Source: a virus. From it: DNA of 64,000 nt. The stretch is from positions 34,281 to 98,280 of IMG/VR virus record IMGVR_UViG_3300013947_000002; one strand, given 5' to 3'. The notes under the pieces were generated by a model. It made no database searches. It was not told the origin of the DNA and saw nothing but the letters and a program-made list of their open reading frames with translations. The translations under genes and the position numbers were made by a program. This document shows, in pieces, positions 45,424-53,922 of this stretch. Within the stretch, counting starts at the first letter, position 1. Each line of letters begins with the position of its first letter.

Positions 45424-46493
45424 TTTACCTAGAATATGCAGCAACTAATTCATTCACCAAGTATCCGTCTAGCAGGTACGGCCCGTTCTTGAACCCTAAT
45501 GCCAATTATGCTTACAGAGAGCAGAAGTTGCTTGATGAATGCAGAGATAGGGTAAAGGCGACTATTGGTGCAAAGAGTGGCAAAGTTATATTTGGTGGTA
45601 CAAGTAGCCAGTTGATTGAAAATTTGATGAATCGTGCCAAGCGGAACACGGTAATCTGTTCAAAATACGAGCATGACAGTTTTTGGAGATACGGCTTTGA
45701 TTCTATTGGAAATATCGATGAGTTACCAAATATTATTTCTGATACACCAGAAAGCTACGGAAAAATGCTTGTCATGTGGCAGGGTGTGAATAATATCACA
45801 GGTCAGATTTTTCCCATTGAGCAAATCGGCAATATGTGCCACAGCTATAATGCGTTCTTCATCTGCGACATGACGGCCATGATTGGAAAGGTGGCGATTC
45901 CTGACAATATTGACCAGTGGTGCGATATTGCTGTGTGGAGCGGCCATAAGCTAGCCACCGAGGGCGGCATTGGTTGTATGTGGCTATCTGACAGGTTTAA
46001 TGAATGGCTGGGCGGCTTCAAGCTACGTGGTACGCCTAATCTGGCTGGGGCTTGTGCTATTGCAGATGCTACAGAGGATGCTTGTCAGAACGTAGATGCA
46101 CATGAAGAATATTGCTATGAGCTATATCGCTATTTGCTTGCCGAGCTATCAGCTAATGGTATTTATGGCGGCGTTGTCAACTCAGCTATGAAACCAGACA
46201 AATCCGATGCTACAGAAAGAGCGCCTAGTACGTATGCTATCAATGCTATCATGCTTGACAATATCAATGCCGATAGTCTACAACAGTATCTAGCGTCGCA
46301 GTCTATTTATATTGGGATTGGTGGCTCTGCCTGTTCGAGCCTACATGATTTTAGAGTGCTTAATGCTTGCGGCTTGACAAATAATGAGGCAAGCAGAGTT
46401 ATTAGAGTATCGTTTGATTATGATACGGATAAGCAAGATATTGACGATTTGGTGTATAATATTAAACAATATAAGGAGAAGTTTGTAGGATGA
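45420..46493 (+). CDS. class V aminotransferase-fold cysteine desulfurase (NifS/IscS/DndA-like)
   Basis: IYLEYAATN N-terminus, PLP-lysine context WSGHKL..GGIG, and active-site loop GGSACSS. Confidence 0.75.
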   Translation: MIYLEYAATNSFTKYPSSRYGPFLNPNANYAYREQKLLDECRDRVKATIGAKSGKVIFGGTSSQLIENLMNRAKRNTVICSKYEHDSFWRYGFDSIGNIDELPNIISDTPESYGKMLVMWQGVNNITGQIFPIEQIGNMCHSYNAFFICDMTAMIGKVAIPDNIDQWCDIAVWSGHKLATEGGIGCMWLSDRFNEWLGGFKLRGTPNLAGACAIADATEDACQNVDAHEEYCYELYRYLLAELSANGIYGGVVNSAMKPDKSDATERAPSTYAINAIMLDNINADSLQQYLASQSIYIGIGGSACSSLHDFRVLNACGLTNNEASRVIRVSFDYDTDKQDIDDLVYNIKQYKEKFVG

Positions 46494-47554
46494 ACCATAC
46501 AAAGGAAGATTTGAAAGAGCTACAATCTAAATCTCTTGAAGAAAAAGTACAGATTAGCTTGGCCCGTATTATTGAATGGCATGAACATTGGGATGGTAAG
46601 GTGTATATCTCTAATTCTGGCGGCGTTGACTCTACTGTCCTCAGTCACCTAGTCCATTCCATATATCCCGATGTACCAGATGTGTATTGTGATACTGGGC
46701 TTGAATATCCTGAATTACGCGATTTTATTATGAGTAAGCCAAATGTGGTTGTTCTAAAGCCTAAAATGAATTTTGTTGAAGTAATTAAAAAGTATGGTTA
46801 TCCAATTATTTCAAAAGAGGTTGCATCTGTTATATCTCAAGCACGAAAAGGCAATAATTGGGGGTTGCATAAAATAAATGGGAAGAAAACAAATGGGCAA
46901 GACGATGCCTATGGAAAAGCTATGATGAAGTGGAAGTTTCTACTTGATGCCGATTTTAATGTTGATAATTATTGTTGTAAGGAAATGAAGAAAAAACTTG
47001 CGTATAAATATGAGAAAGAAAGTGGGTTAAAAGCGTTTGTCGGTACGATGACAGATGAGTCATTATTAAGAAAAACGGAATGGCTAAAACATGGCTGCAA
47101 TGCCTTTGATGGTAATCGTCCAATTTCGACTCCGCTATCATTTTGGACTAAATCCGACGTACTGCATTATATTGTCAAATATAACATCCCATATGTCAAA
47201 GAAATCTATGGTGACATCATAGAAAAAGATGGTGTATATACCACAACCAAACAAAAGCGCACAGGTTGCATTTTCTGTGGCTTTGGTTGCCATCTTGAAA
47301 AAGAGCCAAACAAATTCCAAATATTAGCTAATATCAATCCTCATCTCTACGACTACTGTATGCGTGGCGGCAAATACAACGAATCTGGCATGTGGATTCC
47401 TGACAAGGGACTTGGTATGGCTAAAGTGTTAGATTATATCAATGTCAAATGGTGGAACGATGGCGATGAAGCCAAGCGAGACGACTATAGAGCAAAATAT
47501 AAGGAGAAAGAAAAAATTGAGCAGAGCAGAACGCAACCGCCGCAAGAAGATTGA
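46490..47554 (+). CDS. PAPS-reductase-family PP-loop ATPase (DndC/SspD-like)
   Basis: PP-loop SNSGGVDST, plus the Cys clusters NYCCKEMKKK and RTGCIFCGFGC. Confidence 0.7.
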   Translation: MNHTKEDLKELQSKSLEEKVQISLARIIEWHEHWDGKVYISNSGGVDSTVLSHLVHSIYPDVPDVYCDTGLEYPELRDFIMSKPNVVVLKPKMNFVEVIKKYGYPIISKEVASVISQARKGNNWGLHKINGKKTNGQDDAYGKAMMKWKFLLDADFNVDNYCCKEMKKKLAYKYEKESGLKAFVGTMTDESLLRKTEWLKHGCNAFDGNRPISTPLSFWTKSDVLHYIVKYNIPYVKEIYGDIIEKDGVYTTTKQKRTGCIFCGFGCHLEKEPNKFQILANINPHLYDYCMRGGKYNESGMWIPDKGLGMAKVLDYINVKWWNDGDEAKRDDYRAKYKEKEKIEQSRTQPPQED

Positions 47555-47699
47555 GCGACCACTAAAATATGCGCCTATTCATTGTCCGGATTGCGGACTA
47601 GTCGTAGATGAAAAATATATTGTTGATATTAACTCGACTTGTCCTATTTGTGGTAAAGAGCTATTTGGCGCACTAAAAGAAATGATGAAAAATAATTAA
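47517..47699 (+). CDS. small Zn-ribbon protein
   Basis: Putative TTG start after AAGGAG. Contains CPDCG...CPICG. Confidence 0.4.
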   Translation: MSRAERNRRKKIERPLKYAPIHCPDCGLVVDEKYIVDINSTCPICGKELFGALKEMMKNN

Positions 47700-47707
47700 A
47701 TAACCTA

Positions 47708-47736
47708 TTGACAACCTCCTGTTCATGTGATATGCT
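47708..47736 (+). promoter_or_regulatory. sigma-A-like promoter whose spacer is complementary to the downstream RBS
   Basis: TTGACA 47708-13, TGA-TATGCT 47731-36. CAACCTCCTGTTCA (47712-25) is the reverse complement of TGAACAGGAGGTTG (47749-62). Confidence 0.55.
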
Positions 47737-47769
47737 TATGGTACAAATTGAACAGGAGGTTGTTTAATT

Positions 47770-48018
47770 ATGAAATTTTATATCCATCGCACATTGAATT
47801 GTGAAACCGCAGATCAACTTAGACGTATTTACCCGATCCTCAGCTATTATGTTATGCACGATGAAAAGATTGGTTGGCTTGGAAACATGGGTGCTTGTAT
47901 TGAAATCAATTCTTTTAAGAAGCTGATTGAATTGAACAAGACAACAAACCACCCCATTATCATTGATGTAAACGATGAAATTCCGACCATTGAAATCTAT
48001 GACGATTGGAGGGAGTAA
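47770..48018 (+). CDS. hypothetical protein
   Basis: ATG follows AGGAGG. Confidence 0.55.
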   Translation: MKFYIHRTLNCETADQLRRIYPILSYYVMHDEKIGWLGNMGACIEINSFKKLIELNKTTNHPIIIDVNDEIPTIEIYDDWRE

Positions 48019-48022
48019 TTAA

Positions 48023-48286
48023 ATGCAAGATATACTTACCTACACAGCATGGCTCGATGTGGCATGCGACATCTGTAATAGCTTGTTGAAAGCAACTGTA
48101 ACTATTGTAGATAATGAATTTAAGGTTGTGGCGAGTAAATATAGATGGGTTACATTTATCAGTACAGAGCGAATCCACTATGTATATAATAAAGGATGGG
48201 AACCAGCTTGGGGTGCAACCGAACTCATGAAGATGATTATTGACGATTGGGATATGTTGCTGGTTGATGCAGTACATGGGCGGTAA
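48023..48286 (+). CDS. hypothetical protein
   Basis: ATG follows GGAGGGAG. Confidence 0.5.
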   Translation: MQDILTYTAWLDVACDICNSLLKATVTIVDNEFKVVASKYRWVTFISTERIHYVYNKGWEPAWGATELMKMIIDDWDMLLVDAVHGR

Positions 48287-48385
48287 GAGCCGCATTTCTA
48301 AACAAATTTCGGAGGTATTGAATAATGCGTTATATGGGCGGAAAGAGCCGAATCAGCAAGCAGATCGCGAATGTGCTGAACGGCG
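48267..48385 (+). repeat. tandem duplication (58-nt offset) of the methylase N-terminal coding segment
   Basis: MQYMGGKSRISKQISEVLNNA (from 48267) versus MRYMGGKSRISKQIANVLNGA (from 48325, one frame over). The two copies differ mostly at synonymous positions. Confidence 0.7.
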
Positions 48386-49065
48386 CAATGAGAGAGAGAG
48401 AGAGAGAGAGAGCATTCGTAAGCCTGTTCTGTGGCTCATGCGCCATTGAGTCAAAGGTACAAGCAGACGTTAAAATCCTCAATGACAAGCACTCCTATCT
48501 CATTGCTATGTGGCAAGCGTTACAGAATGGCTGGATGCCACCTGATGTAGTGACCAAGGAAGAATATTATCACGTTAAAGCCAATATGGACGAAGACCCT
48601 GCTTTGACCGGATTTGTCGGCTTTGGTTGCTCATTCGGCGGCAAATGGTGGGGTGGCTATGCTAAAGATAAACGTGGCGATGATTACTGCGGTCAGGCAA
48701 AGCGCAGCTTGATGCGCAACTATGTGGGTAAAGCCAAGTCTACTTTACAAAAAGATTTATCTGGTCTACAGATCGCTACATTCACTTGTCTTGATTATAA
48801 AGATGTAGAAATCCCAGATGGCGCGGTTGTATATTGTGATCCACCTTATGCAAACACAACGGGTTATACATTAGGCAAATTTGATACAGATGAATTTTGG
48901 GATTATATGCGCCAGCTATCTAAGCGATGTGATGTATATATCAGTGAGGAATCCGCGCCTGATGATTTTGAATGTGTCTGGAGCAAAGAGAAAGTAAGGA
49001 CGCTTGAAAAGAGCGACAATGTGAGTCGCGTCAAAGTAGAAAAATTATTTAAGTGTAAAGGTTAA
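48325..49065 (+). CDS. D12-class (Dam-type) N6-adenine DNA methyltransferase
   Basis: Contains MRYMGGKSRI and YCDPPYANTTGY. Confidence 0.85.
   Translation: MRYMGGKSRISKQIANVLNGAMRERERERAFVSLFCGSCAIESKVQADVKILNDKHSYLIAMWQALQNGWMPPDVVTKEEYYHVKANMDEDPALTGFVGFGCSFGGKWWGGYAKDKRGDDYCGQAKRSLMRNYVGKAKSTLQKDLSGLQIATFTCLDYKDVEIPDGAVVYCDPPYANTTGYTLGKFDTDEFWDYMRQLSKRCDVYISEESAPDDFECVWSKEKVRTLEKSDNVSRVKVEKLFKCKG
48391..48412 (+). repeat. (AG)11 dinucleotide microsatellite inside the methylase ORF
   Basis: 22 nt of uninterrupted AG, translated as RERERER. Confidence 0.95.
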
Positions 49066-49071
49066 AATATT

Positions 49072-51240
49072 ATGCCAAAAGCAAAACTACTCCCACAGCG
49101 ATTCTTATACCGTGACACCAAGACCGATTTTGCCATCCTGTCATGTAAGCTGGTTAATCCTGTTGCCGGTATAGAGACGCACCCTGTATATCACAACCTA
49201 ACATTGAAAGGTGCGAATATAGCCAACTTTGAGCTGAATCGCCGCATTGACTGTATCATCGAGCCAATCATTGATGAGAAGCATCCATACAGCTATAAAT
49301 TTATCAGCTTTGGCTCGTTTGAGGCAAAAGGCGGCAAATTCAAGTTGACAGAGAAACAGGAGTTACAGGCTCTACGCAGCTTGATGACGAATAGACAGGC
49401 TGAATCATGCCATGCCGCCTACCCTCACTTTGTCAGTATGGTGCTAAATGGCGAACAAGAACAAATCGACCCAAGCAAAATCAAGTATGTGAAGAACGTG
49501 CTGTTAAACCGTTATATCGCCAAAATCAAGTCAATCAATAACCGCATCGCATTTATGGAAGAAGCGGCTAAATGGTCTATTGAATCCGATGAGAACCTGA
49601 ATAAGATTGCGGCGCGATACGGCAATATTGACGAGTTCAAAGAGGACATTGAACAGAACCCATACAACGTGCTTATGGACGTGTTGGATTGGGGCTGGAC
49701 AAGGGCTGATAAGGCGGTAATGAAATATGCGCCATCTCTTGCTTGTTCATTAAATAGAGCCGAAGCCGCCTGTATCTATCTACTCAAGCGAAATGAGGAT
49801 GATGGCAACACGCGAATCGGCGCATCTGAGCTATTTGACCAGTTTGTGTCTCTATGCCCCGAATCGGTTAGTTATATCTATGAGGCAGTCACTACATCGT
49901 CTAAAATTTACTATGAGCCAGAGCGCAAGTATGTAAGCCGCAAATCGACCTATATGGCGGAATGCCATGTAGCTGAGGTCGTGAAGAAAAAAATAGCCAA
50001 TCCACATTATTATCCTATGAATTGGCAGAAGTTTACAAGCGTAGACGGATTAGATCTGACAGATGAACAATCACAGATTCTTGAGATGGCTTGTAAACAG
50101 GACGTAATGATGTTGACGGGGAGTGCCGGTTCTGGTAAGAGTCAGACACTCAAGGCCATTATTGAGATGCTTGAAGCTAACAACTATGGCTATACACTGC
50201 TAGCTCCAACAGGAATCGCCGCAAAGAGGATGCGTGAGGCAACAAGTCGTGAAGCCAGCACCATTCATATGTTCTTGCTGAGTGAAGCGATGGCGGGCGA
50301 TTATGTGTTGATTGACGAATCTGGCATGGTTGCAGTTGACCTGCTATCCGCTCTATTCAATAAGCTCAATGACAATACCAAACTCATCTTTATTGCAGAC
50401 CCATCTCAACTTGCTTCTATCTCATGTGGCAATGTTGTGCGCGATCTGCTTGATGGCGGCATCGTGCCTGTATGTAACTTAACCAAGGTGTTCAGATACA
50501 ACACGTCTGGTATCATAACCATTGCTACTGATGTACGAAATGGTGATAGTAGCCATCTGACAGATACTTTCACGGATTATAAGTTTGTTGAAATTGATAC
50601 ATTACCAATCAAGCAAATTGAGCGAGAATATGCGGCGCTGTTGGCTAGTGGCTATGGGCAGGATGATATATTGATTCTGTCGCCATTCAATAAGGGGCAA
50701 TGCGGCTCATTGGTTATCAACAATTATATCCAAGATAAATTTAACCCAAATCCACCTACAGATGTTGGCTGGACGATGAATGGTGTAGAAGTCAAGTTCC
50801 GTGTTGGTGATAAGGTCATCAATAAAAAGAATGAATATCGTATGCCGCTTGCCGATAGAGATGATACGGCGTTTGTAGCTAATGGCGACATGGGGCGCAT
50901 CGTGGATATTGAGCCTGATGATAAAATGCCACAGATGGTCGTGCATTTTGATTGCGGTGATTGCCTGGTTGATAAGGCGCATATCAGTAGAATGTTGCTA
51001 GGATATTGTATCAGCACACATAGCAGCCAGGGCTGTCAAGCAAAGGCGGTGATTGTGGTGGTAGATAGAAGCCATATGCGGCTTATTTCGCGTAACCTGC
51101 TATACACTGGGGTGTCAAGGGCGCAAGAGCGGCTAGTAGTAATTGGCGATATGGAGGCGATTGAGGCAGGACTAAATGTGCAGGAAGAAAAATGTAGGAA
51201 TACGTGGTTGAGAGAGGTGTTAAAGGATGGCGTTGATTAA
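49072..51240 (+). CDS. RecD-like superfamily 1 helicase
   Basis: Walker A LTGSAGSGKSQT, Walker B VLIDESGMV, motif VI-like ISTHSSQGCQA, and LLYTGVSRAQERLVVIG. Confidence 0.8.
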   Translation: MPKAKLLPQRFLYRDTKTDFAILSCKLVNPVAGIETHPVYHNLTLKGANIANFELNRRIDCIIEPIIDEKHPYSYKFISFGSFEAKGGKFKLTEKQELQALRSLMTNRQAESCHAAYPHFVSMVLNGEQEQIDPSKIKYVKNVLLNRYIAKIKSINNRIAFMEEAAKWSIESDENLNKIAARYGNIDEFKEDIEQNPYNVLMDVLDWGWTRADKAVMKYAPSLACSLNRAEAACIYLLKRNEDDGNTRIGASELFDQFVSLCPESVSYIYEAVTTSSKIYYEPERKYVSRKSTYMAECHVAEVVKKKIANPHYYPMNWQKFTSVDGLDLTDEQSQILEMACKQDVMMLTGSAGSGKSQTLKAIIEMLEANNYGYTLLAPTGIAAKRMREATSREASTIHMFLLSEAMAGDYVLIDESGMVAVDLLSALFNKLNDNTKLIFIADPSQLASISCGNVVRDLLDGGIVPVCNLTKVFRYNTSGIITIATDVRNGDSSHLTDTFTDYKFVEIDTLPIKQIEREYAALLASGYGQDDILILSPFNKGQCGSLVINNYIQDKFNPNPPTDVGWTMNGVEVKFRVGDKVINKKNEYRMPLADRDDTAFVANGDMGRIVDIEPDDKMPQMVVHFDCGDCLVDKAHISRMLLGYCISTHSSQGCQAKAVIVVVDRSHMRLISRNLLYTGVSRAQERLVVIGDMEAIEAGLNVQEEKCRNTWLREVLKDGVD

Positions 51241-51627
51241 ATGAATTATGAATTTCATGTAGGGGATTATGTTAAGACAAGAGCTGGATATATCGGGTAT
51301 ATTGATAATGTCTCCGACTTGGGAGATGGGAACATTGTAGTTCGTGTACGTTGCGAAGATGAAGACCTTGTGCCCTTTAAAGTTAATGACTTAAATGTCA
51401 CAAATAATTTTCTTCGTATCGGCGCATATGATTTCACTAAGAAAGAAAAGAAGAAGATTGAACATCTTGAAAAAGACTTGCCAGTAGAGGGACGAATTAA
51501 AGATAAAACGGTTGAATTTAAGCAATACTTTAGCGATGGAGAGTACGTTAAGTTTGTTTATAATGGCAAGATGATTGATAAAATCAATGAGCTTGTTGAT
51601 GCTGTGAATAAATTGATGGAGAAATAA
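51241..51627 (+). CDS. hypothetical protein
   Basis: The start abuts the upstream stop. Confidence 0.5.
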   Translation: MNYEFHVGDYVKTRAGYIGYIDNVSDLGDGNIVVRVRCEDEDLVPFKVNDLNVTNNFLRIGAYDFTKKEKKKIEHLEKDLPVEGRIKDKTVEFKQYFSDGEYVKFVYNGKMIDKINELVDAVNKLMEK

Positions 51628-51629
51628 AA

Positions 51630-51848
51630 ATGACAAGAACAACGTGTGATATTTGTGGCAAACTAATTACTGATAATAGAGAGAGATGGCTCGTGTCAAT
51701 TCAATCTGCAGTTGGCGTTAACGTCCTTAAATATGGGCAAAAAAATTGTGAGCTGACCATTTGTGATGTTTGCCAAGATTGTGCCGATTCAATTTATAAT
51801 TATGTTCAAACACTAAAAACCACTCTTGACAAATCGATCGAGGTGTGA
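51630..51848 (+). CDS. hypothetical Zn-ribbon protein
   Basis: Contains CDICGK...CDVCQDC. Confidence 0.5.
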   Translation: MTRTTCDICGKLITDNRERWLVSIQSAVGVNVLKYGQKNCELTICDVCQDCADSIYNYVQTLKTTLDKSIEV

Positions 51849-51870
51849 TAATATAGATGACAAGGAGGTA

Positions 51871-52050
51871 ATGCGATTGACAAAACAGCAACTAATCAAC
51901 AATTTGTCGAAAATGCGTACAATGGCTGAAGATACGGCACACGTCCGTATCCATATTGGCAACCAGCTCCATGACATTGACAAAATTGATACAGTAATTG
52001 ACATGGATACAAATAAACCAAATATTGTTATTCATGTTAAAGATAAATAA
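51871..52050 (+). CDS. hypothetical protein
   Basis: Follows AAGGAGG. The start is either the ATG at 51871 or the TTG at 51877. Confidence 0.45.
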   Translation: MRLTKQQLINNLSKMRTMAEDTAHVRIHIGNQLHDIDKIDTVIDMDTNKPNIVIHVKDK

Positions 52051-52067
52051 AAGGAGGATGATGATTA

Positions 52068-52385
52068 TTGTTTGTAAATGAGGTATATGAGTCTATCTGG
52101 AAAGACCGATACCAAAAGGATGGTGAGTCATATGATGAGCAACTATGGCGCGTAGCTGAATTTATTGCTAGAGCAGAAGATGATAAGCCATATATGTGGG
52201 CTGATAAGTTTTACTCAATTATGAAAGAAGGTTATTTCTTTCCTGCTGGTCGTACCATGAGCAATGCTGGCGTTGGTGAAAAACTAACCCTCAATAATTG
52301 CTTTGTCGCGCCTATTATTGGCAATAGTATGGAGCAGATTTTTGATGCGGTTAAGCTAGGCGCTATGACACATAAGGCTGGAGGT
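52068..52385 (+). CDS. nrdJ: class II (B12-dependent) ribonucleotide reductase, exon 1
   Basis: Contains IWKDRYQKDGE..., FFPAGRTMSNAG and LNNCFV. Ends ...THKAGG at the T paired in P1. Confidence 0.8.
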
Positions 52386-53250
52386 AAACACAATTCTGCC
52401 TCCCTGTGCAGTAATGCACAGTAAAAAATTCTGTGAACCTATAAATATAGGGTGTGGTTTTGACGTTTAGTAGTTATAGGAAATGATAATTAACAAAACC
52501 GCTAACGGGGAAACCTAAGTCAATACGATATGGCAATCCCGTGGAAAGTTGCTTGGTTTAAGAGAAAAAATAAATAAGAGAGGAGGATTCAATGTGAATC
52601 ATGTAGAAATTTCAGATTATCCGGGTTATGAAATTTTTGAAGATGGTCGCGTGTTTTCAAAATATACAAACAAGTTTCTAACATCAAAGATTGATAGATA
52701 CGGATATAGCGTATATCATTTAAGACGTGGTAAAAATGAATTTCCAACAGCGCATAGATTGGTTGCGTTGGCATTTATTCCCAATCCGAATGGTTTTCAA
52801 TCTGTAAACCATAAAGATGGAAATAAACAGAATAATAATAAAGACAATCTTGAGTGGTGTTCTGAATCATATAATAGTTGGCATAAATGCAACATCCTTA
52901 ATGAGAAACCAATCAGATATGGAGATAAACAAGTTGTGGCTAAAAATACAATAACTAACGAAGAGATATTGTTTAATTCAGAATCTGATGCTGCGATATT
53001 CTTTAATGTATCACAAACAACTATCAGTCGAAAAATTTTGACCAAACATATTACACCTAAAAGATGTAAGACACAAAATTGGCTGTTTGAATTTAAGTAA
53101 CTCAAAAACTCTTAAACCAAGTAAAATCTCTAACGACTATCCATAATGGAGTACAGCATAAGCGAAATTCTTATGTTGGAAGTGCAGAACCCCAACAAAT
53201 AGTTGGGTGAAGATATAGTCTAAACTATTATGAAAATAATAGAATCAATG
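52386..53250 (+). mobile_element. group I intron 1 of nrdJ (865 nt) with HNH ORF
   Basis: P1 pairs exon GGAGGT with IGS GCCTCC (52398-403), with U-G at the splice site. P7-like TAACGACTA and GATATAGTCTA. The terminal G is at 53250. Splicing restores KAGG|GIGYAFS. Confidence 0.8.
52594..53100 (+). CDS. intron-encoded HNH homing endonuclease (NUMOD4-like N-terminus)
   Basis: GTG start 7 nt after AGGAGG. Contains ISDYPGYEIFEDGRVFS and VNHKDGNKQNNNKDNLEW. Confidence 0.75.
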   Translation: MNHVEISDYPGYEIFEDGRVFSKYTNKFLTSKIDRYGYSVYHLRRGKNEFPTAHRLVALAFIPNPNGFQSVNHKDGNKQNNNKDNLEWCSESYNSWHKCNILNEKPIRYGDKQVVAKNTITNEEILFNSESDAAIFFNVSQTTISRKILTKHITPKRCKTQNWLFEFK

Positions 53251-53752
53251 GGAATTGGATATGCGTTCAGTAATCTAGCCCCCAATGGCTATAAGACGCG
53301 CAATGACGCTATTGCATCTGGCCCAGTTAGTTTTATGGATGTATTTAATGCTCAGACAGCTACGGTGCAGCAAGGTAGCAGGCGCGGCGCAAACATGGGT
53401 ATGCTCAGTGTGTATCATCCTGACATCCTTGAATTTATACGCGCCAAGTCTGCAACTGAAGGACGGCTTAATCATTTTAATCTATCCGTAGTTGTAGATG
53501 ATGCTTTTATGCAGTTAGTCATTGCCGATGGTCAAGTTCAGTTGCATTGGCCTATTTATGATGAAAAGGGCAATAAGTTACCACCAGCCAAGTGGGATAA
53601 GCAGTTTACCAAGCTAGTGCCAGCTCGTGATATTTGGAATGAAATCATGAAGATGGCATATGATAATGGTGAGCCGGGCGTATTCTATGAGGATAATGCT
53701 AATAACCGCAATCCTGCATGGTATGTAGAAAGAATTGTATGCAGCAATCCGT
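53251..53752 (+). CDS. nrdJ: class II ribonucleotide reductase, exon 2
   Basis: Contains GIGYAFSNL..SGPVSFMDVF..RRGANMGMLSVYHPDILEFI...CSNP. Ends on the first nt of the Cys codon. Confidence 0.8.
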
Positions 53753-53922
53753 TAGCCGTATAAACGTGCGGATGTAAAATCTCCTCTGATTGACTTGGAC
53801 GCTGAATACACAGCTACAAGGGGCAAGGGTAATGCTAGCCTGAACGACTAAGCGAGGAGACCCCAAGGGGATGCGATAGTCTAGCGCACGATGTGAAATG
53901 TATTTGATACACATTGTGTGAG
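53753..53922 (+). mobile_element. ORF-less mini group I intron 2 of nrdJ (170 nt)
   Basis: P1 pairs ATCCGT (53747-52) with GCGGAT (53768-73). P3 CTCCTC/GAGGAG, P7 ACGACTA/TAGTCT, P8 CCCCAAGGGG, terminal G at 53922. Splicing gives SNP-C-A-E (NxCxE). Confidence 0.75.

Noticed and set aside
52386-53922. Inteins as the cause of the interrupted nrdJ
   Set aside because: The intervening sequences contain stops in the nrdJ frame. They show P1/IGS pairing with U-G at the splice site, P7-like cores and a terminal G, all of which point to group I introns.
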